Shown here: positions 18,511-27,998 of the stretch, one piece after another | Layout of the letters: every line of letters starts with the position of its first letter | Numbering within the stretch: position 1 is the stretch's first letter | Source of the DNA: Candidatus Aminicenantes bacterium | GTDB taxonomy: Bacteria > Acidobacteriota > Aminicenantia > Aminicenantales > Saccharicenantaceae | Assembly (NCBI GenBank): GCA_013178315.1 | Contig: JABLWX010000001.1 | Span: 5,716 to 69,715, forward strand | Length of the DNA: 64,000 nt | Reading direction: 5' to 3' | Position numbers and translations under genes: made by a program | Notes under the pieces: generated by a model | Databases searched by the model: none | The model's input: the letters and a program-made list of their open reading frames with translations, nothing else | What the model was told of the DNA's origin: nothing

Positions 18511-18540
18511 TTGACAATAAGTTTTTTATTTTAATATACT
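18511..18540 (+). promoter_or_regulatory. sigma-70-type promoter TTGACA-N18-TATACT for the hydrogenase operon
   Basis: Perfect -35 at 18511-18516 and -10 TATACT at 18535-18540. Only 9 nt separate it from ATG 18550, with no SD. The 9-nt direct repeat AAATTCTTG (18492-18500 and 18505-18513) overlaps the -35. Confidence 0.5.
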
Positions 18541-18549
18541 CAATAACTC

Positions 18550-19980
18550 ATGAAAGTAGAAGCCATTACCCTTCTTACCATTTTTATTCCGATTTTGGGT
18601 TCGTTGCTGGTGCCTCTGGCCGGAGCCATCTCGCCCCGCCTCCGTTCCGCCTGGTCGGTCCTGCTGGGAGCCATCACCGCGGTTCTCCCCCTGACCCTGA
18701 TTCCCCAGGCCATGAAGGGCGGCGAGGTCATCTGGTCCAAGAGCCTGGCCCTGGGTCTGGATTTCGTCCTGGTCATCGACCCCCTGTCCATCTTCATGGC
18801 CATCGTTTCCTCGTTCATCGGCTTCCTGATCATCGTCTACTCGCTCGGCTACATCCACCACGAAGACCACCAGAATGAATACTACCTGATGGTGGTCCTG
18901 TTCATCGGCTCCATGATGGGACTGGTGTTCTCCAGCAGCCTGGTCTTCATGTACCTGTTCTGGGAAATCATTGCCATCGCCTGCTGGCGGCTGATCGGGT
19001 TCTACCGGCAGAAGGATTACATCCTCAAGGCCGATAAGGCCTTCCTGGTCACCTTCGGCGGGGCCGTGGTCATGCTGCTGGGCTTCATCCTCATCTACGG
19101 GCAGACCGGGACTTTCAACCTGGTGGATATGCGCGGAGTGGCCATCTCCGGAACCGCCGTGCTGCTGATCCTGTTCGGCATGTTCTCCAAGTCGGCCACC
19201 GTTCCCCTGCACACCTGGCTGCCGGATGCCGGCGTGGCCCCGACCACGGTTACCGCCCTGCTGCACGCCGCCGTCCTGGTCAAGATCGGCGTCTATGCCT
19301 ATGCCAGGTTGTTCCTCTATACCTTCAAGATTCCACCCGACTGGCAGCAGGCCATCATCATCCTGGCCGTCCTGTCCAGCCTGGTGGCGGCCGGCGCGGC
19401 CACGGTGGAGAATGACTTCAAGAGGATTCTGGCCTATTCCACGGTCAGCCAGATCGGCTATATTTTCCTGGGCCTGAGCGTGGCCACGCCCACGGCCATC
19501 TCCGGCTCCCTGCTGTTTATCCTGATGCACGGGCTGGCCAAGGCCGGCTTGTTCCTTTGCGCCGGCATAGTCATCCATGCCACGCATAAACGTGATATAA
19601 GAGAGATGGGCGGGCTGATCAAGACCATGCCCATCACGGCGATCTCTTTCCTGATATGTGCTTTCTCGGTTATCGGACTGCCGCCTCTGGGCGGTTTCTT
19701 CTCCAAGCTCCTGGTCATCATGGGCACGGTCCAGGCGGACCAGGTCTGGGTGGCAGCCCTGGCCCTGTTCACCGCGGTGCTGACCATGTTCTACCTGCTC
19801 CGGGTGTTCGCCCTGGTTTTCCTGGGTGAACCCAAGATCCCGGCCCCGGAGAAGACCCCATCCATGGTCGGGGTGGTGGCCACCCTGGCCGTGCTGTCGG
19901 TGGTGGCCGGGTTGCTGGTGGCCTACCCGATGAAACTCGTCCAGATGGCAACAACTCACATCAGCTGGTGGCTAAGATGA
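18550..19980 (+). CDS. antiporter-like subunit (MrpD/NuoN/MbhH family, Proton_antipo_M)
   Basis: 476 aa, polytopic. Motifs WLPDAGVAPTTVTALLHAA, AYSTVSQIGYIFLGLS and LMHGLAKAGLFLCAG. Confidence 0.85.
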   Translation: MKVEAITLLTIFIPILGSLLVPLAGAISPRLRSAWSVLLGAITAVLPLTLIPQAMKGGEVIWSKSLALGLDFVLVIDPLSIFMAIVSSFIGFLIIVYSLGYIHHEDHQNEYYLMVVLFIGSMMGLVFSSSLVFMYLFWEIIAIACWRLIGFYRQKDYILKADKAFLVTFGGAVVMLLGFILIYGQTGTFNLVDMRGVAISGTAVLLILFGMFSKSATVPLHTWLPDAGVAPTTVTALLHAAVLVKIGVYAYARLFLYTFKIPPDWQQAIIILAVLSSLVAAGAATVENDFKRILAYSTVSQIGYIFLGLSVATPTAISGSLLFILMHGLAKAGLFLCAGIVIHATHKRDIREMGGLIKTMPITAISFLICAFSVIGLPPLGGFFSKLLVIMGTVQADQVWVAALALFTAVLTMFYLLRVFALVFLGEPKIPAPEKTPSMVGVVATLAVLSVVAGLLVAYPMKLVQMATTHISWWLR

Positions 19981-21845
19981 GTCCAACAACTTTATTATGG
20001 CCAATTCTGGTTCCGGCCGCGGTGGCAGTGGTGCTGCTGCTCATTCCCTCCAGGGTCAAGTACCTGCGGGAAGTCCTGTCGGTGCTGAGCTCGGGCGCGC
20101 TGCTGTATCTAGGTTTCGTCCTGTTTTCGCAAAGAAACCTGAGCTTGGTGGCCGACTGGCTCGGCCTGGGCATAAATTTTGACCTCAGGCTCTACCATTT
20201 CTCGTCCTTCATCCTGCTGGCCCTGAGCGGCTTCCTTTTCCTGATCTGCCTCTACTCGGCGGTCAAGATGCAAAACCACCCGCGGGTCCGGGAATATTAC
20301 GGTTATGTCTTCCTGGCGGCCGCCTTCTCCAACGGGGCGGTGCTGGCCAACAACTTCGTCCTGCTGGTCTTCTTCTGGGAAGCCCTGCTGATAACCACTT
20401 ATGCCCTGGTCACCCTCGGGCTGAAACCGACCTCGCACCGGACGGCGGTCAAATCGCTGATCATCGGCGGCTTCTGCGATTTTGCCATGATCCTGGGCAT
20501 TGGCCTGCTCTGGGCTTCCACCGGCACCCTGACCATGGATAAAATCCAGGTAGAGCCGCACGGCCTGACCGTGGCCGCCTTCGTCCTGATGATGATCGGG
20601 GCCATCGGCAAGGCCGGGGCCATGCCCTTTCACACCTGGATTCCCGACGCCGCCCTGGATGCCCCGGTGAGCTTCATGGCCTTCATGCCGGCTTCCTTCG
20701 AGAAACTCCTGGGTATTTACCTGCTGGCCCGCATCACCCTCGATTTCTTCGAGCTCAAGGTGGGCAGCGGGCTGTCCATCCTGCTGATGATTATCGGCGC
20801 GGCCACCATCGTCTTCGCCGTTTTCATGGCCCTGATTCAGAAAGATTTCAAGAAGCTGCTGTCCTTCCACGCCGTGAGCCAGGTGGGCTACATGGTGCTG
20901 GGCGTGGGCACGGCCATTCCCATCGGCATTGCCGGCGGCATCTTCCACATGATCAACCACGCCATGTACAAGTGCGGGTTGTTCCTCAGCTCCGGGTCGG
21001 TGGAACACCGGACCGGCACCACCGAGCTGAAGAAACTCGGCGGTCTGGCCCGGGAGATGCCCTGGACCGCGGCCGGCTTTGTGGTCTGCGCCCTGGCCAT
21101 CTCGGGCGTCTGGCCGCTGAACGGGTTCGTTTCCAAAGAAATGGTCTTCCACGGAGCGCTGGAAACCGGCTACCCGATTTTCGCCATTGCCGCCTGGGTG
21201 GGAGCGATTTTCACCTTCGCTTCCTTCCTTAAGGCCGGGCACTCGGTCTTCTTCGGACCGCGTTCAACGGAGGTCCCGAAAACCCGGGAAAGCGAGGCCC
21301 CGATCGTCCTGCCGATTCTCATCCTGGCCGCCCTGTGTATTACCTTCGGTGTGTATAACAAGCTGCCCCTGCAGAATTTCATCCAGCCCATCCTCAGCGG
21401 ACACGTGGAGGCCGGGGAACACCTGGACTTCACCTCACATGCCCTGGACCTGTTCAACCCGGTGGCCGGGGTTTCCATCCTCTGCCTGATCATTGCCCTG
21501 GGCATTCATCTTTATGGCTGGAACCGCGGCGGCAAGAAGGCCTACCTGGCCTCCGAGCCGATTCACAACCTGCCGGTTCTGCACAAGCTGTATGACCTGT
21601 CCGAAGCCCGGTTTTTTGACCTCTACGAGCAGGGCGTGAAGTTCCTGCAGTGGCTGAGCCGGCTGCTGTTCCGGTTCGTCGACCGGCCGATCGATTATCT
21701 CTACGAAAAATTGGTAACGGCAACGGGCCGGACTTTTACCGGCCTGCTGCAGAAAGCCCATAACGGCCAGTATGCCAATTACCTGGCCTGGACCGTCGGC
21801 GGCCTGGTGGTCGTCGTCTGGATAATACTTCAGTTATTAAAATAG
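19977..21845 (+). CDS. antiporter-like subunit, long form (MrpA/NuoL-like)
   Basis: About 622 aa. Motifs WIPDAALDAPVSFMAF, FHAVSQVGYMVLGVG and HMINHAMYKCGLFLSSGSV, with a C-terminal extension. ATG 19977 overlaps the preceding stop (ATGA); the track start 19968 is GTG. Confidence 0.85.
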   Translation: MSPTTLLWPILVPAAVAVVLLLIPSRVKYLREVLSVLSSGALLYLGFVLFSQRNLSLVADWLGLGINFDLRLYHFSSFILLALSGFLFLICLYSAVKMQNHPRVREYYGYVFLAAAFSNGAVLANNFVLLVFFWEALLITTYALVTLGLKPTSHRTAVKSLIIGGFCDFAMILGIGLLWASTGTLTMDKIQVEPHGLTVAAFVLMMIGAIGKAGAMPFHTWIPDAALDAPVSFMAFMPASFEKLLGIYLLARITLDFFELKVGSGLSILLMIIGAATIVFAVFMALIQKDFKKLLSFHAVSQVGYMVLGVGTAIPIGIAGGIFHMINHAMYKCGLFLSSGSVEHRTGTTELKKLGGLAREMPWTAAGFVVCALAISGVWPLNGFVSKEMVFHGALETGYPIFAIAAWVGAIFTFASFLKAGHSVFFGPRSTEVPKTRESEAPIVLPILILAALCITFGVYNKLPLQNFIQPILSGHVEAGEHLDFTSHALDLFNPVAGVSILCLIIALGIHLYGWNRGGKKAYLASEPIHNLPVLHKLYDLSEARFFDLYEQGVKFLQWLSRLLFRFVDRPIDYLYEKLVTATGRTFTGLLQKAHNGQYANYLAWTVGGLVVVVWIILQLLK

Positions 21846-21855
21846 AGGAGGAGCG

Positions 21856-23334
21856 GTGGTTTTCTCATTCATTGTCATTCCGTTACTGGTAGCTGCCTTT
21901 CTGCCTCTGGTAGGAAAGTTTTCTAAGAAACTGCTGCCCGACGTGCTGACCAACGCCGCTCTGGCTTTCCTGGTGTTCAACGCCATCCTGCTGGTCAAGC
22001 CCATTTTCAACCAGGGTGTCATCGTCCAGAACCTGAACTGGCTGGGGGAACGGGTCAACCTGCAGGTGGCCCTGGACGGGTTCAACCTGTTCATGCTGTT
22101 CACCATCTCCCTGGTCAGCCTGTGCATCTCGCTATTTTCCATTGACTACCTGGAGCATTACGGGCACAAGTCAACCTTTTACGCCCTGTTCCTGGTGATG
22201 ATCGCCGGCATGAACGGCCTGGTGCTGGTCCCGGACCTGTTCTCGGTGTACCTGTTCCTGGAAGTGGCCGCCGTGGCGTCCTACGCCCTGGTGGCCTTCG
22301 GCCTGGGCTATGACGAGCTGGAAGCCTCCTTCAAGTACCTGATGCTTTCAGTGGTGGCCTCGGCCTTCGCCCTGCTCAGCATCACCGTCATTTTCGGGAT
22401 GACGGGCAGCCTTAACTTCCAGGCCGTGGCCCAGGGACTTCAGGACCTGCAGGCCAGGCTGGTGCTGGGGGTCTGCGTGGCCTTCTTCATCATGGGCTTT
22501 GGTCTTAAGGCGGCCCTGGTGCCCTTCCATGCCTGGTTACCCGACGCCCACCCCTCGGCCCCGGCTCCCATTTCGGCCATGCTGTCTGGCCTGCTGATCA
22601 AGGTTTCGGGTATCTACGCCCTGTTCAGAATTATCTACAGCGTCATCGGCCTGACCCCGGCCCTGTCGCAGCTGTTGATGGCCCTGGGCACCATCTCCAT
22701 GGTGGTGGCCGCCCTGCTGGCCCTCGGCCAGAAGGACATCAAGAGAATGCTGGCTTACTCTTCCATCAGCCAGGTCGGCTACATCGTGCTGGGCCTGGCC
22801 CTGGGTACACCCCTGGGCATCGCCGGGGCCCTATTCCACCTGTTCAACCACGCCGTGGCCAAGGGACTGCTGTTCTTGAACTCAGGCTCCATCCAGCACA
22901 TCACCGGCACCCGGAACCTGGAAGAGCTGGGTGGCCTGGGTAAGATGGTCCCGGTTACGGCCGGCACCAACCTGGTGGGCGCCCTGTCCATTGCCGGGGT
23001 TCCGCCCCTGGCCGGCTTCTGGAGCAAGCTGATCATCATCATGGCCCTCATCCAGGCCAAGCAATTCGGCTACGCCCTGGTGGCCATCCTGGCCAGCATC
23101 CTGACCCTCTGGTATTACCTGCTCATCCAGAGAAAGGCCTTTTTCGGCCGGGTGGCCGAAAAATGGTCCCAGGTCAAGGAGGCTCCGTTCTGGATGTCGG
23201 CGGCCAACGTGGTCCTGGCCCTGGTCTGCATCCTGGTGGGCATTTTCTTCACGCCAATTTTTAAGACCTGGATTTCCCCGGCGGCCGAGGCCCTGGCCCG
23301 GGGAATCCAACAGGTTCTGATGTGGGGATTGTGA
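21856..23334 (+). CDS. antiporter-like subunit (MrpD/NuoM-like)
   Basis: 492 aa. GTG start preceded by GGAGGAG. Motifs WLPDAHPSAPAPISAMLSG, AYSSISQVGYIVLGLA and LFNHAVAKGLLFLNSGS. Confidence 0.85.
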   Translation: MVFSFIVIPLLVAAFLPLVGKFSKKLLPDVLTNAALAFLVFNAILLVKPIFNQGVIVQNLNWLGERVNLQVALDGFNLFMLFTISLVSLCISLFSIDYLEHYGHKSTFYALFLVMIAGMNGLVLVPDLFSVYLFLEVAAVASYALVAFGLGYDELEASFKYLMLSVVASAFALLSITVIFGMTGSLNFQAVAQGLQDLQARLVLGVCVAFFIMGFGLKAALVPFHAWLPDAHPSAPAPISAMLSGLLIKVSGIYALFRIIYSVIGLTPALSQLLMALGTISMVVAALLALGQKDIKRMLAYSSISQVGYIVLGLALGTPLGIAGALFHLFNHAVAKGLLFLNSGSIQHITGTRNLEELGGLGKMVPVTAGTNLVGALSIAGVPPLAGFWSKLIIIMALIQAKQFGYALVAILASILTLWYYLLIQRKAFFGRVAEKWSQVKEAPFWMSAANVVLALVCILVGIFFTPIFKTWISPAAEALARGIQQVLMWGL

Positions 23335-23335
23335 T

Positions 23336-23824
23336 ATGGCAATACAAATAATTCTGCTCTGCGGCCTGGTCATCTTCTCGGCCCTGGCCATTCTGCTCAA
23401 GGACCTGATCAAAGCCGCCCTGTCGCTGGCCGTGGCCAGCCTGTTGCTGGGTATCATTTTCTTCCGGCTGGCGGCTCCCTACGCCGCCGTCTTCGAGATC
23501 TCGGTGGTGGCCGGGCTGATTACGGTCCTGTTCATCCTGACCATCGCCCTGACCAAGAAAGGAGACGAGGTAACCGAGGCCCGGCTGGTCAAGCTGGCCT
23601 TTCCGGTCTTCCTGATCCTGTTCCTGGTCATCGATGGGCTGGTGATGAAGTCCCTGCTGCAGAAGATCCCGGCCCTGCCCGCGGGACCGGAAGCCGGCAC
23701 CTTCGGCGAGGTCCTCTGGAAGCAGCGGACCTTTGACCTGGTGGCCCAGGTCGGCGTCATCCTGGCCGGGGTGCTGGCCGTGCTGGCCCTATTCCGGAAA
23801 AAGGAAGAAGACAAAGATGAGTAA
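23336..23824 (+). CDS. small membrane subunit, MbhD(DUF4040)/MnhB-like
   Basis: 162 aa with 4-5 TM helices. The AAPYAAVFEISVVAGLITVLF segment resembles the MbhD/DUF4040 core. The C-terminal QRTFDLVAQVGVILAG resembles the MnhB RGFDTLGE region. Confidence 0.6.
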   Translation: MAIQIILLCGLVIFSALAILLKDLIKAALSLAVASLLLGIIFFRLAAPYAAVFEISVVAGLITVLFILTIALTKKGDEVTEARLVKLAFPVFLILFLVIDGLVMKSLLQKIPALPAGPEAGTFGEVLWKQRTFDLVAQVGVILAGVLAVLALFRKKEEDKDE

Positions 23825-24125
23825 CCTGTGGTTTCTTTACCTTTTCTTTGCCGCCCTGCTGGTCTTTATCGGCCTGTACTGCCTGCTAACCATGCGCAAC
23901 CTGATCAAGCTGTTCATCGCGGTGGAAGTCATCAGCAAGGGAGTCAGCCTGGCCATCGTGGCCACGGGCGCGGTCAAGAACAACATCCTGCTGGCCCAGA
24001 GCCTGGCCATAACCTACGTCGTGGTGGAGGTGGCCCTGGTGGCCACCGCTCTGGCCCTGATCATCAACATCTACAAGAAAAACAAGAGCCTGGATGTCCG
24101 CTTACTTTCAAAACTGAAGGGATAA
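23817..24125 (+). CDS. small membrane subunit, MnhC/NuoK-like
   Basis: 102 aa from ATG 23817, which overlaps the upstream stop. Three TM helices with a conserved mid-membrane Glu context (FIAVEVISKGV). The track ORF from 23733 is an out-of-context 5' extension. Confidence 0.7.
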   Translation: MSNLWFLYLFFAALLVFIGLYCLLTMRNLIKLFIAVEVISKGVSLAIVATGAVKNNILLAQSLAITYVVVEVALVATALALIINIYKKNKSLDVRLLSKLKG

Positions 24126-24128
24126 GCC

Positions 24129-24461
24129 ATGAATGGACTGCAATTCTTACTGTCTCCGCCGGTGGCCTTCTTTTTCTTCCTGGCCGTGGCCGGACTGCTC
24201 TATGCCCTGGGCCGGGCCATGGCCCCCGGCCTGAACCGCACCCCGGGCAAGCTCACCACCTACGCCTGCGGCGAGGATATCCCGGGAGTCAAGGTGCAGT
24301 TCGGGTACCGGCTGTTCTACGTCTTCGCCCTGTTCTTCACCATCATGCACGTGGCCGCCCTGGTAATGGCTACTATTCCGATCGGAAAAATAGTATATTT
24401 GGGTATAATATATCTGGCCCTGATCTTCCTGGCCATCCTGGCCCTGATTACGAGGGATTAA
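24129..24461 (+). CDS. small membrane subunit, NuoA/MbhI-like
   Basis: 110 aa with 3 TM helices. TYACGED resembles the NuoA YECG loop. It sits immediately upstream of the NuoB homologue, as MbhI and NuoA do. Confidence 0.5.
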   Translation: MNGLQFLLSPPVAFFFFLAVAGLLYALGRAMAPGLNRTPGKLTTYACGEDIPGVKVQFGYRLFYVFALFFTIMHVAALVMATIPIGKIVYLGIIYLALIFLAILALITRD

Positions 24462-24462
24462 C

Positions 24463-24888
24463 ATGCTGACCAAACTGACTCACTGGTCCAGGTTGAAATC
24501 GCCCTGGATTCTTCACCTGAACACCGGTGCCTGCAATGCCTGCGACATCGAAGTGGTGGCCGCCCTGACCCCGCGGTTCGACGTGGAACGGTTCGGCATC
24601 CTGCTCAAGGCCACACCCCGGCATGCCGACGTCATCGTCTGCACCGGCCCGGCCACCAGGCAGATGAAGGACCGGCTGATCCGGATTTACGAGCAGACCC
24701 CCGACCCCAAGTTCGTGATCGCCGTTGGGGCCTGCGCCATGTCCGGCTGCGTCTACCGCGGCGCCTACAATGTCATTGGCGGGATTGACCAGGTCATCCC
24801 GGTGGATGTCTATGTCCCCGGCTGCCCGGTGCGCCCCGACGCGGTCATCGACGGGGTGGTCAAACTGCTGAATAAATTGAAGGGATGA
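24463..24888 (+). CDS. [NiFe]-hydrogenase small subunit, NuoB/MbhJ family
   Basis: 141 aa. The Cys set GACNAC, GACAMSGC and PGCP is typical of the single proximal 4Fe-4S cluster in NuoB-type subunits. Confidence 0.88.
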   Translation: MLTKLTHWSRLKSPWILHLNTGACNACDIEVVAALTPRFDVERFGILLKATPRHADVIVCTGPATRQMKDRLIRIYEQTPDPKFVIAVGACAMSGCVYRGAYNVIGGIDQVIPVDVYVPGCPVRPDAVIDGVVKLLNKLKG

Positions 24889-24895
24889 GGTCAAA

Positions 24896-25369
24896 ATGAA
24901 CGACCAGATATTGATAGATCAAGCTAAAGCCCGCCTGGGGGAGAAGGTGCTGGAGATCACCAACCCGGCCCCCCGCCGCATTTTTATCAGGGTTAAGGTG
25001 GATGACCTGCTGGCGGCAGTCGGCTGGCTCAAAAACGAGCTGGGCTTTACCCACCTGGCCACCATCAGCGGGGTGGACCTGGGCCAGGCCTTCGAACTGC
25101 TTTACCATTTCGCCAACAACTTTACCTGTGTTACCCTGCGAACGGATATTGCGCGGGACAACCCGCTCCTGCCAAGTATCTGCGAGATAATTCCTGGAGC
25201 CGTCCTCTACGAGCGGGAACTCCAGGACATGTTCGGGATTGTCGTCCAGAATATTCCTGACGGACGCCCCCTGGTGCTGCCCGACGACTGGCCGGCCGGC
25301 AATTACCCGCTGCGCAAGGACTGGAAGTACGAGAGGCCGCCGGAAGTCATTCCTGGAGGTAAGAAATGA
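24896..25369 (+). CDS. NuoC/MbhK-like subunit
   Basis: 157 aa with the Complex1_30kDa signature ERELQDMFGI. Confidence 0.85.
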   Translation: MNDQILIDQAKARLGEKVLEITNPAPRRIFIRVKVDDLLAAVGWLKNELGFTHLATISGVDLGQAFELLYHFANNFTCVTLRTDIARDNPLLPSICEIIPGAVLYERELQDMFGIVVQNIPDGRPLVLPDDWPAGNYPLRKDWKYERPPEVIPGGKK

Positions 25370-26568
25370 AGTTTCAGATACCCATAGGACCACAGCATCC
25401 GGCTCTGAAGGAGCCAATCAGCCTGCGGATGACCGTGGAGGGAGAAATCATCCGCGACGCCGACCTCCGTCTCGGCTACAACCACCGCGGGCTGGAAAAG
25501 CTGGCCGAGCAGAAGACCTGGATTCAGAATATCTACCTGACCGAGCGCATCTGCGGCATCTGCTCCCACTCTCATACTACCTGTTATGTTCAGGGCGTGG
25601 AGAAGCTGATGGAGCTGGAGCCACCCAGGCGCGGTCTTTACATCAGGACGCTGGTGGCCGAGCTGGAAAGGGTGCACAGCCACCTGCTCTGGCTGGGCGT
25701 GGCCGGTCACGAGGCCGGGTTTGACAGCTTCTTCATGTACACCTGGCGCGACCGGGAAATCGTCATGGACATCCTGGAGACCATCAGCGGCAACCGGGTG
25801 CATTATGGCATCAACACCATCGGCGGGGTCCGCCGCGACCTGGACGAACAGCAGGTGAAGCACATTCTCGACTCCCTGGCCATCCTCCGCCAGCGCAGCG
25901 AATATTACCAGCACCTCGGGACCAACGAGCCGAGCTTCGTGGCCAGGCTGGCCGGGGTCGGCTACCTGTCCCGGGAAGACGCCATCGCCCTGTGCGCCGT
26001 GGGACCCACCCTAAGAGCTTCCGGGGTGCCGATGGACGTCCGGAAAGACGACCCCTACGCCGTCTATGCCGAGGTCCCCTTTGAAGTCTGCACGGCCGAC
26101 ACCTGCGATGTCCTGGGGCGGACCGTGGTCCGGATCAAAGAACTATTCCAGTGCTACAACATTATCGAATACCTCCTGAAAAACCTGCCCTCCGGGCCGG
26201 TGGCCGTCCGGGCCCCGCGCCGGGCCAAGCCCAACGAGGTGGTCAGCCGCTACGAGGCGCCCCGCGGCGAGAACATACACTACATCAAGAGCAACGGTAC
26301 CGATAAACCGGAGCGACTTAAAGTCAGGGCCCCCACCCTGGGCAACTACGCCGCCACCCTCAAGATGCTCAAGAACGGCTTCATTGCCGATGTCCCGCTG
26401 ATCTTCGCGGCCATCGACCCCTGCATCTGCTGCGCCGAGCGGGCGGTATCGCTGGTCGATGCCCGGAGCGGACAGGAAAAAATTATTTCCATGAACGCCT
26501 TAAAACAACTCAGCCGCCAGGTTGCGGCTGGGAACGCCAGAAAGAGGGAAGCAGAATGGCCACTGTGA
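25366..26568 (+). CDS. group 4 [NiFe]-hydrogenase large subunit (NuoD/MbhL/HycE family), all four Ni-Fe cysteines present
   Basis: N-terminal motif R61-I-C-G-I-C-S-H-S-H70 (RxCGxCxxxH). C-terminal motif D351-P-C-I-C-C-A-E-R359 (DPCxxCxxR), followed by a 41-aa tail. ATGA overlap with the upstream gene. Confidence 0.9.
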   Translation: MKFQIPIGPQHPALKEPISLRMTVEGEIIRDADLRLGYNHRGLEKLAEQKTWIQNIYLTERICGICSHSHTTCYVQGVEKLMELEPPRRGLYIRTLVAELERVHSHLLWLGVAGHEAGFDSFFMYTWRDREIVMDILETISGNRVHYGINTIGGVRRDLDEQQVKHILDSLAILRQRSEYYQHLGTNEPSFVARLAGVGYLSREDAIALCAVGPTLRASGVPMDVRKDDPYAVYAEVPFEVCTADTCDVLGRTVVRIKELFQCYNIIEYLLKNLPSGPVAVRAPRRAKPNEVVSRYEAPRGENIHYIKSNGTDKPERLKVRAPTLGNYAATLKMLKNGFIADVPLIFAAIDPCICCAERAVSLVDARSGQEKIISMNALKQLSRQVAAGNARKREAEWPL

Positions 26569-27527
26569 AGACTCTGATCTATCTCATCGTCTATCCCGGT
26601 CTTCTCTTCTTGTTCCTGTATTCCACCTTCGTCGAGTGGTACGACCGCAAGCTCTACGCCCGGCTTCAGAACCGGATGGGCCCGACCCATACCGGCAGGT
26701 TCGGACTGCTGCAGCCGATCGCCGATTTCTTCAAGCTGATGGCCAAAGAGGACATCGTGCCGGACCGGGCTGACCGGAAAATGTTCTCGACCCTGCCGGC
26801 GGTGGGGCTGGCCATAGTCTTCACGGCCATGCTGCTGCTTCCGGTCTGGAATTACAGCCTGGACCAGCCCTCGGTCACTTCCTTTAACGGCGACCTCATC
26901 GTCCTGCTCTATCTCCTGAGCCTGCCGACCTTCATCTTTTTCCTGGCCGGCTGGTCGTCCACCAACCTGTTTTCTACCATCGGCGGAGCCCGGGTCCTGA
27001 CCATGCTCTTCGGCTATGAAGTCCCGCTTTTCCTGGCCGTCCTGAGCCCGGCTGTCCTGGCCAACTCCTGGCGCCTGGCCGAAATTGCCGCCTTCTACCG
27101 GCAGCGGCCGGCCCTGACCCTGGTCAACCTGCTGGGTTTTGTCATCGCCCTGATCTGCGTCCAGGCCAAGCTGGAGAGAACGCCCTTTGACATCCCCCAT
27201 GCCGAAACCGAAATAGTCGGCGGCACTTTTACTGAATATTCCGGCAAGAAGCTGGCCCTCTTCCGCCTGATGATGGACGCCGAGATGGTCGTGGCCGCGG
27301 GCCTGCTGGCTACCGTTTTTCTGGGCGGCTTCCCCGGCGGAGCGTTGCTGGGGCTGGTCAACTTTATCGTCAAAACGCTGGTGGTTATTTTCTTCCTGTC
27401 TCTAATCAGGGCCACCACTTCCAGGATCAGGGTGGACCAGGTGGTCAGTTTTGCCTGGAAATACCTGGCCCCGCTGGCCATACTGCAGCTTTTAATCGTC
27501 ATCCTGGTAAAGGGGTTAATCTCATGA
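26556..27527 (+). CDS. NuoH/MbhM/HycD-like membrane subunit
   Basis: 323 aa, polytopic. GRFGLLQPIADFFKL matches the NuoH signature region. Overlaps the large-subunit gene by 13 nt. Confidence 0.88.
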   Translation: MATVKTLIYLIVYPGLLFLFLYSTFVEWYDRKLYARLQNRMGPTHTGRFGLLQPIADFFKLMAKEDIVPDRADRKMFSTLPAVGLAIVFTAMLLLPVWNYSLDQPSVTSFNGDLIVLLYLLSLPTFIFFLAGWSSTNLFSTIGGARVLTMLFGYEVPLFLAVLSPAVLANSWRLAEIAAFYRQRPALTLVNLLGFVIALICVQAKLERTPFDIPHAETEIVGGTFTEYSGKKLALFRLMMDAEMVVAAGLLATVFLGGFPGGALLGLVNFIVKTLVVIFFLSLIRATTSRIRVDQVVSFAWKYLAPLAILQLLIVILVKGLIS

Positions 27528-27922
27528 AGATAGGCGCGTTTATCCCTGAACTTCTCCGCCACCTGTTTAAGAAACCGGCCACTGTCGATTACCCGTTCCA
27601 GAAACTGGAGGTGCCCAGGGATTTCCGGGGTTCACCCTTCCTCCGCCCCGAGTTGTGCATAGTCTGTCGGGCCTGCGAGCGCGACTGCCCGGCGGAAGCC
27701 ATAGAAATTACGGCCACCAACGAAGCCGAGAAAAGGTTCAGGATGGTCATTCACAACGACCGCTGCATTCACTGCGCCCAGTGCGTGGACTCCTGCCCGA
27801 CCGACGCCATGCAGATGGACACCAGGTTTGAAATCTCCGACTACGACCGCCACAACCTGAAGATGGAATGGGAATACATCAGAGCGGTGGTCAAGCCAAA
27901 ATCCGAGCCAAAGACTTCATAG
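27524..27922 (+). CDS. NuoI/MbhN-like 2x[4Fe-4S] ferredoxin subunit
   Basis: CIVCRACERDCP and CIHCAQCVDSCP. ATGA overlap with the NuoH-like gene. Confidence 0.88.
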   Translation: MKIGAFIPELLRHLFKKPATVDYPFQKLEVPRDFRGSPFLRPELCIVCRACERDCPAEAIEITATNEAEKRFRMVIHNDRCIHCAQCVDSCPTDAMQMDTRFEISDYDRHNLKMEWEYIRAVVKPKSEPKTS

Positions 27923-27998
27923 GCGCAGGTTGCCCCCGGGGTTGATTTGCTTTGCGCCCGGGACTAAATTAAGAGCAGACCGATACCTGGAGGGGCGG

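Noticed and set aside
18526-19959. 477-aa minus-strand ORF mirroring the first antiporter-like gene almost end to end
   Set aside because: The translation is H/G/Q/D/R-rich low complexity with no TM or domain features. The plus-strand frame encodes a clear Proton_antipo_M protein. Long stop-free antisense frames are expected in GC-rich DNA with strong codon bias.
20109-21242. 377-aa minus-strand ORF antisense to the NuoL-like gene
   Set aside because: Antisense artefact. The low-complexity G/H/E/Q-rich product is incompatible with the obvious membrane protein on the plus strand.
23828-24469. 213-aa plus-strand ORF spanning the MnhC-like and NuoA-like genes in another frame
   Set aside because: An off-frame G/P/H/R-rich translation. 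The two in-frame small membrane proteins fit the Mbh/complex I gene order.
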